Origin: Utricularia gibba
Lineage: Eukaryota > Plantae > Magnoliophyta
Direction: 5' to 3'
Length of the DNA: 64,000 bases
Assembly (NCBI GenBank): GCA_002189035.1
Contig: NEEC01000002.1
Span: forward strand, 5,270,001 to 5,334,000
A model generated the notes under the pieces. It searched no databases and was not told the DNA's origin. It saw only the letters and a program-made list of their open reading frames with translations. Position numbers and translations under genes: made by a program. This document shows positions 1 through 11,716 of this stretch, piece by piece; the stretch's first letter is position 1; each line of letters starts with the position of its first letter.

Positions 1-1906
1 TCTTGATAATGCTTTTAATAATTCAAATGCTATTTCAAGCTTGAAAACCTCTATTAATCCTCCTTTAGGTGGTGTTTTTTTTCATTCAAGATGTGTTTGT
101 CATATTTTGAATTTATGTGTGCAAGATGCTTTACGAATATATGATTTTACAGATGCTCTTGTTTCATTGCATAAGTTGGTTAAGTTAGTCAAGAAATCTA
201 GTCTTAAAAGAGCCATTTTCAAAAATCTTTGTGAGGCTAGAGGCATTGCATATAGAACTTTAAAAAAGGATTGTTCAACTAGATGGAATTCTACTCTTCA
301 CATGCTTAGATCTTTGTTTCCATATAAGAGTATTATTCCCTTATTTATGAGAATGCATGTTGATCAAAATTGTTCAATTGATTCTTAAATATTTTTGGAA
401 TTTCAAACTTTGTGTGAAATGTTTGATGTTTTTTAGAAGTATACTGCTTTATTTAGTGGTTGTTATTATCCAACACTCATTTAGTGTTACCAGCTTTAGT
501 TACTATTTCAAGTACATTTAAAAAGTATGCTAAAGTTGAGTTTTTGTTAGAAATTGTTTCAATGATGGTTGAAAAATTCGTTAAGTATTTTCTCAATGTT
601 CTTGTTCTGTTTCTTATCTCCAATATACTTGATCCAAGAGTTAAAGCTACTGGTTTACAAACTGGTTTGAAAGTTTATTGTTCTTATGTTTGTTCTCTTA
701 AGTTTCCATTATGTCAACCTAATGCTCAATATATGTATGACACTGCAATCACTGCTTTAAATACTTTGTATGACTTATTTGAGGTTGAGACTGGTTGTGC
801 TAGATCTGTTTCTGAGGTGGCTGAATTTGGCCAACCTTCTGGAATAGATGATTTTTATGCTATGGTTTCAGCTTCTCCTAAAAATTTCACAAAAACCATT
901 GAGATTGCTTTGTACAATGCAATGCATCAAGTGCAGCATAAAGGAGAAAACTTTGACATTTTGGCTTGGTGGAAGGGTCAATCCTCGGTTTATCCTACTT
1001 TGGCAGCAGTGGCTAGAGCAATTCTCACATCCCCTATGTCTACAGTTGCATCAGAAAGTGCATTCAGTCTAGGTGGAAGAGTATTGTCACCAAGGCGGCT
1101 CAAATTAGCAGATAAAACATTGGAGGTTTGCATTTGTTTGAAGGATTGGACTGGAGCAAATCATAGAATGCAAAATCTTGTCTTAGATGAAGATAATGAT
1201 GATGACGACGAAGATGATGGTTCTACATCAGAAAAAGAGTAAACTTTTTTTCATTATTAATGTTTTTAGTTATTTTTATATTTGAAACTAACAAAAAAAA
1301 AGAGGAGTAAAAACTACACAACCAGTCTCAAGCCTGGAAAAAGGAGGAGGAAAAACTTGTATATTTTTGTTATAGTTTTTGTACATATTCATTCATTTTA
1401 GTTTTACTTATATTAAAAGACATAATTTATATTATGATTATTTCTTATAGATTTGATTCAAAAAATAGAGTTTTCTACTTACATTTCATCAAGTGAATGT
1501 ACATAAAATATAAAAATTTGTTTCATATTCATAAATAATTGTTTTATGATAATTAAAAGATGTAATAGAGTTGTGATTCATACTCTACCTAGCCCCACCC
1601 CACCTCTTCTATCCAATCCAATCCAACCATATTATTAATTGACGAGACAATCATTATGTGTCATGTCAGTCTTCAATTGATCATCATGTCAGTTCTCCCA
1701 TTCTCATTGCAGCCAGTCTCTCTCCTCTTATCTAGGTGATTGATTAACGGGTCACAACTCACCAACCCATAATTGAATGACCCGTGGGTACGGGTTGAGT
1801 CAAGGGTTGAGACCCGTCGACCTGTGACTTATCGACCCGTGACCCAGTACATGACCCGCCTGGGTGAACCTGTGACCCGGCGATTCATGACTCGTGCCCA
1901 GGTCTA
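1..1906 (+). mobile_element. hAT (Ac/Tam3-like) DNA transposon, right part; left end outside the window
   Basis: Transposase motifs CVCHILNLCVQD, RWNST, ILDPR and the C-terminal dimerisation domain (FDILAWWK...PMSTVASESAFSLGGRVL). (TG)ACCCG subterminal repeats lie at about 1745-1900. Candidate TIR ends ...TGCCCAGGTCTA at 1906 (TAGACCTGGGCA on the other strand). Confidence 0.9.
41..1242 (+). pseudogene. hAT transposase, disrupted
   Basis: ORFs 41-388 and 460-1242 are consecutive parts of one transposase, separated by in-frame stops at 386-388 and 434-436 and a frameshift near 475 (YYPT|HLVLP). Confidence 0.85.
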
Positions 1907-3187
1907 ATTGTGTCCTCCAAAAAGACAAAAATTACATTTTTTATACACTTTTCTTGTGGAGGGCGCTGCATTGTACTCTTTGCGCTTGTCCACAGTGTTC
2001 CAGTTTTGCTTCCTTTCAATGTTATTTGATCTCTTATCCCTCTTTTGGAGTGCCATAGTGCTGTGCTGCATCTTAGAAGTCATAAAATCATTGATTTGTT
2101 TCTGTTTTTTCTGCGGTCAACACCATCTGAAGAACTTCACTTATAGATGGGATAGGGCGCGGCGCATAAGAGTAATTTGGCTGCGAATGACCTCAAATTC
2201 GGGATTGAGTCCCATAAGGAAGTCTATAGTGGAGGTGCTTTTCAGCACATCTATAACCGGCATTTGAACACCACAGCCACAAGTACACATCACAGGTGGG
2301 AGAGCTGCAGTGTAATCTTCCCAAAGCACCTTGCGTTTTGTGTAATAATCATGAACTATCGAGCTTCCGTGTACCAAGTTTGCAAGATCCCGTTGCAGCT
2401 CATATAGGAGAGGTCCATTACTACTTCCATTTTTTTTTTTTTTTGAGTTCTAACCAAAGCTCTTTGGAGGTTTCACAATTACTGAAGGAGGCATGGAGAT
2501 CAGGGGAGATAGAGCTCATGAGCCATGCTGGAACCATGGCATTTGCCTGCATCCAATCATCATAGTGTTTGGAGCTTTCGTTCGGCTTTGGGAGTCTTCC
2601 GTCTATGAGTGCCATTTTCTTCTTTGCCCTAAGAGCAACCCGCACTCCTTTACACCAGAGGTTGTAATTTCTTGGTGTAAGGAGATTGGTGACAAGTGAT
2701 TGGTTTGGGTTTTCTGACCCATGTAACTTGATGATGCTGGCAATAACTTCCTGAGAGATTCTGGAGGAAGAACCAGAGGAGTGAGAGTTCTCACTTGGTG
2801 GAGGACCATCACCGTCTACGGACTGATGAGATTCAGAACGATTGTCTCTCATGTGTTTAGAGAGAGCAAGAAGAAGATCAAATAACCTGCTCTGATACCA
2901 TGTAAGAAAAGAAGAAATTACAAGAGATTGTAGAGAGGTCGAAATGCTCCATTCTTCGGTTTTGATTTTTCTCAAATACACACACAACTTGTTACAATGA
3001 ACTCTTATATAGTGCAGTGCGATTTCCGTGGAAACCTCCAAACAGGATATTTTGCTTCTTCTTCTCGTCAATCTCATTTGCCGTCTGTTCAGGTATGGTC
3101 CTGCTGGTCCTTCTTGCGTGTCCAACTGCACTAGCCACATCAGTTCGGTTTGAATCAGAGAGATTAGTGTAGTCCGCAACAGCGACA
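1907..3187 (-). mobile_element. Ty1/Copia LTR retrotransposon 5' fragment (LTR, tRNA-iMet PBS, gag), cut off by the hAT
   Basis: PBS TGGTATCAGAGC (plus strand GCTCTGATACCA, 2889-2900) abuts an LTR ending ...TTACA at 2901. The LTR has a TATATAA box near 3006-3012; its far boundary near 3187 is approximate. Gag reads LLTPRNYNLWCKGVRVALRAKKKMALIDG...WLMSSIS, frameshifts at the poly-T run (about 2429-2445), continues FLMGLNPEFEVIRSQI, and ends in a zinc-knuckle start CNFCLFGGH at 1907-1935. Confidence 0.85.
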
Positions 3188-3518
3188 TGCTTCATTAGAT
3201 ATTGGCATAGGTTTAATCTGTGGGATTGGTGGTGAATGATGAGCGTGTGCTGGTGCAAGGGTAGAGGAAGGAGAGGGGCAAGGTGGTTGATATTTTGGGA
3301 CATGGCTTCCCCATTTTGGGGTATGCTTGATGTTAATAATTTGCACAAATATTTTGTTGTTTTCAGCTTTGCGCACAATATGTGATTACTCCTTTATTGT
3401 AGAAATTTACCGACCTTTATGTTGCTAAGTGATCGAGGTTGGTTGTGTGTAACCCAACCCCTATATGTATAGGACGATCGAGGGTAGGACACGACTAGGT
3501 TTGGGCGAGGTAAGTATA

Positions 3519-3905
3519 ACTAATGTCCGTGCACATGTCAGAATGAACTCGTTCGATCCTTAAATATTATTTGGATCGATTATATATTTTTTATTTTAAA
3601 TATATATTATCATGTGATACTTAGATGTTATTTAGATTGTGTGTGTATTTTTTTAATTTAAATTTTTATTATTAGACGATCATTAAATATTATTTGGATC
3701 GTCACATATATTTTTAGAGTTTAAACTTATATTATGCACTATTTAATCGTTTGGAATATTTTAAATCGAGTAGTTATTTGTTCTATATTTTGCTTATTAT
3801 ATTAGAATTAAATTGTAACCTACGATCGTATAGAATTTTTTACGTTGCAATGAAACTAAATACCACTACATAAAATCCCATGCAGGCCATGGGTTAAACA
3901 TTAAT
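3519..3905. mobile_element. Possible decayed non-autonomous Helitron-like remnant
   Basis: AT-rich tract bounded by ACTAATGTCCGTGCACATG (3519) and the hairpin CCCATGCAGGCCATGGG followed by TTAAACATTA (3877-3905). These resemble mutated Helitron 3' hairpin/CTAG ends. The signal is weak. Confidence 0.3.
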
Positions 3906-5774
3906 TGGTGTTCTAAAATATAATTATTATAAAAATTATAAATCAAAAGAAGATACCCAAGATTAATTTTATAAAACACCATTTTCATTAATTAAATTCA
4001 TAAATACACTTATATATTTAATAAGTATAATAAATAAATATGACTTCTTATACTCTACTAAATAATAAATAAATATTTTTATTTTTTTATATAAAATAAA
4101 TTTATTCCTTATAAATGTATTGAACATTGAATAAATGTTAAAAATATAATCATTTATATTTTAAAAATTAAAAATAATTAAATTTTATAATTCATATATG
4201 TAAGTAAAAAATTTTAAAAAGCAAAAATGCATGGATTGGGATTTATTAAATTAAGAAACGAATATATGATGATTAATATTTAATAAATTAAAAGAGATGG
4301 TTAGTTTTCATATAACAAAATGAATGGTTACTTTTCAAATGGGTAAGTGAGAGTATGCTTAATTTTCGAAAAGACCCTTATGTGTCCTTATCCGATGCCG
4401 GAAACTTGATTAAATTGCTCCCAAATTCACCTTTGGTATTAAAGTGTTGATGGTCGTCTCATCTCATCTATGCGAAATGCAGACATAGGTCCATTTAATA
4501 TAAGTCGTAGTGACCCAATAGCTATATCTTTCTTCTTCTGTAGGTTTATGCAAAAACAAAACCCCTTTTGTACATTTTTTTTGTCAAAAGCATTTTTGAA
4601 TTTGAATTATAAAAATTATTTCTATAAAAGTAACGAATTGTTATTTTTCCAACTTATTTCAACTTTTTAAATATAAACGCCAAATGAAATAAATATTTCT
4701 ACATGCATTGTTACACTTTTCAAGAACACCTATAATCTATTTCCATTTTTACCAATTATTTCAGCTTTTTAAATTTACCTCTACAAAATTAGAGATAGGC
4801 TACAGAAATTTTCAAAAAAATTACCTAAAACTATTCTATAAAAACAAAAGGCAGGGTGATTGCCAGAAGCCTACTTCAAGAGTTTTACACGCAAATGGGG
4901 TATCATTTGGGACGGGTTTTTCAAAAATGATTAGAAAAAACCCTAAACCCTAGTCAATGCATCAACACTCGGAAGGCATACGCAGGTGTGTTTGCAAAAA
5001 TAACTCGAGAATTGATTTTTATAAAATTGAAAATTTGGACAGAATGAAAATCGATATATGTTTAAAATACTTGTGAAAATAATAATTATATAATTGATTA
5101 ATATTTGAAATATAAAAAAATAAAAATTAGTTTATATAAAAAAAAATGAAAAATTGTATTCATATTATTAATAATCTTATTTTATAAAAATATAATCTAA
5201 AAAAATCATAATTTATCAATTATATATATATATATATTGAAAACATCATATTTTATCAATTATTCAAATATATCCACATATCTATAAATTTTATTTTATA
5301 TTATTACAATAACTTAAATATTGTATAAAACTAATTCTCTCATAAGAAAATCAATTATAGTTTTACAAATCATTTGTACTTTCCAAATATTCATTCAATT
5401 TTTTTCTAATTGACTTTCTAGAATCAGTTTGGGACAATGCCTTAAAAATTTACAATTGTAAAAATATTTTTAATAAATTATTATAACTATTGATCTTCAA
5501 ACGTGACAATTACCATTATTTTATGCCTTCAACGTTATATAGCAATTAAAATTAATGGGTTCTACCCTCTTGGGCACGACATGCAGCTGACTTGCACATA
5601 ATTGTTCAAAGTATGCATGTATCATGAACATTCCCTGGTTATGATCATGTCCCAACTTTACAGCATCTTTTTTTTATGCTTTTCTAACAAATTAATTGTA
5701 AGAAATCCCACTCAAATGTCAAAGTTTTCTGCTCTATAAAAGGATCAATCTAGTGCCATCTTGTCTCAAACCTA

Positions 5775-7742
5775 ATGGAGTGTTTAGTTACAACCCTCCT
5801 CGCCTTTTCGGTCTTCATCTTCTATGGCTCGACTACAGCCGTGGCGACATGTAACTCCATCAATGCCATCTACCAGTTCGGCGACTCCTTATCCGACACC
5901 GGGAACTTGATTCAATTGCTCTCTTCCCTGCCGGCGAGCAAATTTCCATATGGTATAAAGTATCCTGGCCCCCAACTGGTCGATGGTGCGACGGTCGTCT
6001 CATCGTCGACTACATAGGTAGAAGATGATAATGAAACTCAGAATCGTCATCAAATCTAATCCTGCTGAATTCAAAAATCTTAAGAATGAAAGTAAATATG
6101 GTAAAATGAGATGTTTGGAATGATTGCAGCCAATGCTTCTGGGATTCCACCATTGGCGCCTTACTCGAAGCCCTTCAGTTCGCTTAAGACCGGCCTTAAT
6201 TTTGCGGTTGCTGGTTGTACTGCAATTGAACCCGCGAAACTAAAAGCTGATTACAATATCACGCCTCCATCAACTTGGTGTCTGTCATCACAAATGAATT
6301 GGTTCAAAGCACTCCTCGTGACGCAATGCCTCATTCCAACAGGTTTCAATTTTAGGTAGAGACAGATAACCCTTGAGAACACTTCCTAATCCGTTGACTA
6401 TACTTGTGAAGGATGCGTCAACAAAAACTTTTTGAAGAATTCACTGATTATCTTGGGAGAAATTGGAATCAACGACATCCAAGCTGGTGTTTCGTCGGGA
6501 TTAACACTTCCGCGACTCCAAGTTCTAATCGTCAAGATCATCGAAACCATAATTAATGCGGCCAAGGTTAGTTATCAGAATAGGATTCATTATTTTGTTT
6601 TCATGTTGAATCACTTGAGCAAAATTTATTCTACTACTACCCTAAACCACTAAGTAACAATGTATGCTTGTGGAACAGCGAAAGATAAGCACGTTTTTCA
6701 TTTGTGCATATGATTAGGAATTGATACCGTGGGGGGCGGCCAATATTGCGATTCCTGGGTATTTCCCTATTGGATGCATGCCTAGAGGACAAGCGGTCTT
6801 TGCGAGTTGGAACTCGACGAAGGATAATTCTGGATGCAACGCAGCTGCCAATGACCTTGTGAAATATGCAAACTCACAGCTTCAAGCTGCTGTTCAAAAT
6901 CTTGCCGCTACTAATCCAAATGTGAATATAGTCTTCTTGGACTGCAACGGAGCATATTTGGATCTTCTTGAAAACGCAAAGGCATATGGTATGTGTCATA
7001 ACAACTTTCTCCTTTTCATGTTGCAAGTTGGCCTATGTTTTTAATTGCAATTGTGTGTGATGCTTCCAAGGGTTCAACGAAAGCGCTCTCCTCCAATCCT
7101 GTTGCGGAGACGGTTCCTATGCTTGGGATAGTACAAAGTTCTGTGGTGGCCAACAAGCTTCATTGTGTCCTGATTCAAGCAAGTATATAAGCTGGGATGG
7201 CTCCCAACTCACAGAAGCAGCTCATTCTCATATTTTTGAGTACCTTAAACCATTGATCTCATTGGCTCATGGATGCACTCCACCGCCGCCTTCACCGTTT
7301 CCCTCGCCTCCACCACCACTACTTTCCTCGTCGCCACCACCAATTCCCTCATCGCCACCACCGCTTCCCTCGTCGCCACCACCCCTTCCCTCGTCGCCAC
7401 CACCACTTCCCTCCTCGCCACCACCCCTTCTCTCGTCGCCACCACCACTTCCCTCCTCGCCACCACCCCTTCCCTCGTCGCCACCACCACTTCCCTCATC
7501 GCCACCACCGCTTCCCTCCTCGCCACCACCGCTTCCCTCCTCGCCACCACCGCTTCCCTCCTCGCCACCACCGCCACCACCACTTCCCTCCTCGCCACCA
7601 CCGCTTCCCTCCTCGCCACCACCACCACCACCCCTCGTCGCCACCACCACTTCCCTCATCGCCACCACCGCTTCCCTCGTCGCCACCACCATCTACACTG
7701 GCCCCAGCGCCGTCCCCATCGCAAGAAGACGAGGATGAGTAG
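5775..7742 (+). pseudogene. GDSL esterase/lipase (acetylajmalan-esterase-like clade) with Ser-Pro3 C-terminal tail; frameshifted as assembled
   Basis: Signal peptide, FGDSLSDTGN, NFAVAG, GEIGIND and WDGSQLTEAA. GT-AG exons 5775-6017, 6130-6342, 6412-6566, 6718-6988 and 7071-7742. There is a -1 frameshift in the C run 5969-5973 (stop at 6015-6017) and a +1 frameshift in the C run near 7631-7634. TATA box CTATAAA near 5733. Confidence 0.85.
7325..7691 (+). repeat. Coding tandem repeat of a 21-nt unit (TCG/TCGCCACCACCACTTCCC) encoding about 17 SSPPPLP units
   Basis: Directly visible repeat, in frame with the last GDSL exon. Confidence 0.95.
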
Positions 7743-9046
7743 CTTCCGTTCGCCTGAATACTCCTCGCAATGACCTTCATCCAATAATAAGGGCCTTACT
7801 GTGTCCATTAGTCCCTATATTTGTATATGCTGGTGATTGATAAACACCAAGCCTCTCAACCATCTCTGTTTTTCTTCATGTGAAAAACCTGTGTGGTTAT
7901 TGAATAAATTTCGTTACCATTATAAAACATGCCACCTTTTCTATTTTACATACTCCATTCTTCAATGTGTAGTGTAATGTTGTGAGGTGCTTTAAGTCAA
8001 TATTATCTGTTTTGGATTCATTTGATTTCCTAATGATTTTATGTTTTTCTTAATAAAAAAATCTTGTACAAAATTTATTGATTCATTCCATTAATTTTCT
8101 TTACTTCCTCATCCCTTCCTTACATTGAGAAGGAATTAACGTATGGCCGGAAGCCTTTTTTATTAGAAGTAATTCTAAAAAGATACTTTTGAACCAAATG
8201 AACAATCCTAAATCATAGCTTTATATTAAAATGATGAATACTAATCTAAAAGTGCACTCATTTTAGAATCATTCCTAATTTTTTATATATTTATGTATTA
8301 GACTTTTTTATTCTCCATCCAAATTTCCAAACTCCTTACAAAAAAGTCAACCAAACTTTTAACCATTCAACATTAGGGTTCATTAGCGCTCCAATTCGTC
8401 GTCAAATTAAGAATTCGATTCACGGGTACACTGCGGAGTTAATTCAAAAACGAGCAATTTTGGAACATTGTCTAGAGTTTTAGATAGTATTTGGATGTGC
8501 ATTTAGGAACCCTTTACACCATATCTTGAAGGACTGAGTAAAGTATTGTTTTATTTATAAAGATTCGGCATTCTAAAAAAAACACATTTTCAAATGCAGT
8601 GCATGAATGAGCATGGAAAAGTAGATTCACATATGGGTGTAAAGTGCTTTCCCTTGGCCGTACGGCAACAAGGGTAGAAGACTTAGGAATATTATAAAGT
8701 TGTCTCCTTGGTTGTGGTTGGGGGGCATGTTTTTAAAAACGGATTGAAAATACATTTTAAAATATATCCATCATTTTAAAATACAATAAACTGATAGAAA
8801 AGTCAATCGAATTATTAAAACATATAATTAAAAATATATATATATTGTTTGAATTCTCAATAACATATGGGATAAAAACTGAAAATTTATGTTTTAGTAA
8901 AATTTATTTGAAATCCAATTAAATTAAACGAAAATGTAAGACATTATAGAGTTGATGTATAAAACAAGAAGATAAAGCGGTCCCCTCTATAAATTGCATC
9001 GAAGGGGGACACACAGGCTGAACACAATTCCTGACTTGACAGAAAT

Positions 9047-10472
9047 ATGGAGTCAAGCGCCATGCTGTGTTTGCTGGGCTTCTTGTTGTTGTATGCTTCG
9101 TCGAGCGCACATGGTCAGACTGCAGCGTGTAGCTCCATCAGTGCGATATACCAGTTGGGGGACTCCAGATCGGATACTGGAAACATGAATCGCTTGCTTC
9201 CATTAGCACCAGCGAACAGAGACCCTTACGGTGAAACATATCCAGGGTCTCCCACAGGGCGCTGGTCCGATGGTCGTCTCAGCATCGACTACATAGGTGC
9301 TCGTAATTACTTTGCATAGAAAACGTGAAGCATATTGACTGCTATGCTATTTCTTGCAGCTTCCAGTTTCGGCCTCCAAGCATTAGAGCCTTTTCTGAAA
9401 CGACCCAATTCGTTCCCATCGGGTGTCAACTTTGCGGTTGCCGGATCTACAGCAGTGGACACCAGAACTCTTTTATCGGATTACCACGTAGTGCCTCTAC
9501 TGGTTCCTGATTTGTCTTCACAGGTAAATTGGTTCAAGTCTCACCTTGTGCGTGAATGCTCCACAAAAGCAGGTTCGCATTGATCACAACTTCTGCCTTC
9601 GAAACATGCTTATTCTTTGTCTAATCCTATTGTTTGGAGTTTTCCAGAATGTGTGCGTACAAACTTCTTGGGAAATTCATTGATCGTCTTCGGCGGCACC
9701 GGAATCAATGACCTTGGTTACGGAGTTGCATCACGATTGTCACTATCACAACTCCGAGATTTAGTCGGAGCCATCATTAGTAGCGTCCGTGACAATATAA
9801 CTGTAAGTTTTATTACAATAGGAGCAGCATCATTTCATTTGAACACCTGCACCTGGAAGCCCACGTTCACCAACATGTGTTTGTGCTTCTGGTAGGAAGT
9901 GATGTCTTGGGGTGCGTCCAAATTTGCAGTCCCAGGGTTTTACCCCATGGGATGCATACCCAGAGCAAAAAAAAAGTTTAACAGCTTGGACTCAGCAAAC
10001 GACAGTTTCGGTTGCAACGTAGCTGCGAATGACCTTGCAGCATATGCAAACATACAACTGCAAGCCGCTGTTGCAGGTCTCACCGCAGCATATCCCAATG
10101 CCAAATTTGTCTACGTAGACTACTACACACCTTTCAAGAATCTTCTTGCAAATGCACCTGCCAATGGTATCCGTCTAAACCCACCCACCCACCCATGCAT
10201 ATTTCTCTCTCACTTTTTTTTTTTTAAGACGTCACTGTTTAATGCTTGTAGGGTTTCCGACGAGCACTTTACTCGACTTATGTTGCGGAGACATTAGGGA
10301 TGGCGTGAATGACACGGCATTTTGCGGCGGCGCAAGAGCTTCAGTGTGTGCAGATCCAAATAAATACATCAGCTGGGATGGGTACCATCTAACTCAAGCT
10401 GCGAATTCCCAGATATTTGATGCTATCAAATCGTCCTTCTTTGTCGCTGCGGGTTGCAGCCGGACTCCATGA
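9047..10472 (+). CDS. GDSL esterase/lipase, intact tandem paralog
   Basis: Signal peptide, LGDSRSDTGN, PTGRWSDGRL, GVNFAVAGS, GGTGIND and WDGYHLTQAA (catalytic triad present). Exons 9047-9296, 9360-9572, 9648-9802, 9896-10166 and 10252-10472 have the same intron phases as copy 1. TATA box near 8987. Confidence 0.93.
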
Positions 10473-11716
10473 CCGCCACCTTCTTCTTCCCTAAATAGCA
10501 TCCTGTCGTTTGTCCGGATGGCCGCCGCGGCCACCTTGTAAACATTACATTACACAATAAAAAGGGTGCAGCGTGACTTCAGCCAATGAGAAAGGGGGGC
10601 TTCGACTTTCTATTCGTTGTTTTCAAAACTTAAGCGCGATCATCTCTTCTAATGAACAAGGTAGATATTTCTGTTTGATGATGGAATTTAAATATATTAG
10701 CAAGTGTTATACATGAAATAAGATATATTTAGTTCATAAATTATAAGTATAGTGAAAAATATGATTTAAATGTTTTATTTATATGTATTTTTAAATATAA
10801 ATAAAGAAGATTGAAAGTGGAAAATATTGAATAATATTTGGTAGGGAAAAATCGTTTTCTCAATCATAATGTTTGAAGTATTTTCATTTTATAGTCTAAT
10901 ATTTTGAATTATGTAAAATTCAGTCAATAAGTTTACTAATAAATTCATTTTATGGCATTCCAACCAAATCTTGACGGAAGTAACTCGTCGGAACTCTTTT
11001 TGATTAAATAATTCTGTATTTTTTAAATGAATCATAAAAAATTTCAATCACATTTTTAATGATTGTAAATTGTAAATATTTGGGATACATATTTTTAAAT
11101 AGAAATAATTTGATGTTTTAAAATTCAATATATATTTTTTAAAAATATTGTAAATTTTTTTAAAAAAATTATTAAAGAATACGAAAAAATTTTGAAAAAA
11201 ATATTACAATTGAATTTTCTTCATTTTTAATGTTTCGAATATTCGTGCATATAATTAAACAATTAAAATTTTAAATTTGAAAAAAAAAATGTGTAGTAAA
11301 GTAAAAATAAAATAAAAAAAGTTTAGAATTTCATAGGCAAATTATGACACAAAAACCGGTAGCAACATGATAACATATATGTCCCTACACATTCTTCTAG
11401 TTGTAACTCAAACTAGAAATAATTGAAAGTTACCAAAGCAAATACTTGTTCAAAAGAAAAATAAACACATCATTTCCTTTTTTCGAATTACTGCTTCCAC
11501 TGGCCACATTCCTCTTTAGACATGATTTCAAGTTAGATAGGGTAACATAGTTATTGCTACCTTTGACGATAATAGGAGCATTCACAGCAGTAGTATTTTG
11601 GGAAACCTACAATTAGAAACATGAATTTCAAGCTAATGTTAAATCAACATTTTTAGAATATTACATAGATAAAAAAATTCAATAACCTGAAAACTTAGTC
11701 TCTTTGAAAGAGTACC

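Noticed and set aside
4938-4953. AAACCCTAAACCCTA telomere-like repeat
   Set aside because: Only two units; at most a telo-box.
7245-7780. Long alternative-frame and antisense ORFs (RREAVVA, GGGEEGS, His/Arg-rich, ATTTSLL)
   Set aside because: These are by-products of a stop-free 21-nt tandem repeat; only the SSPPPLP frame is continuous with the GDSL exon.
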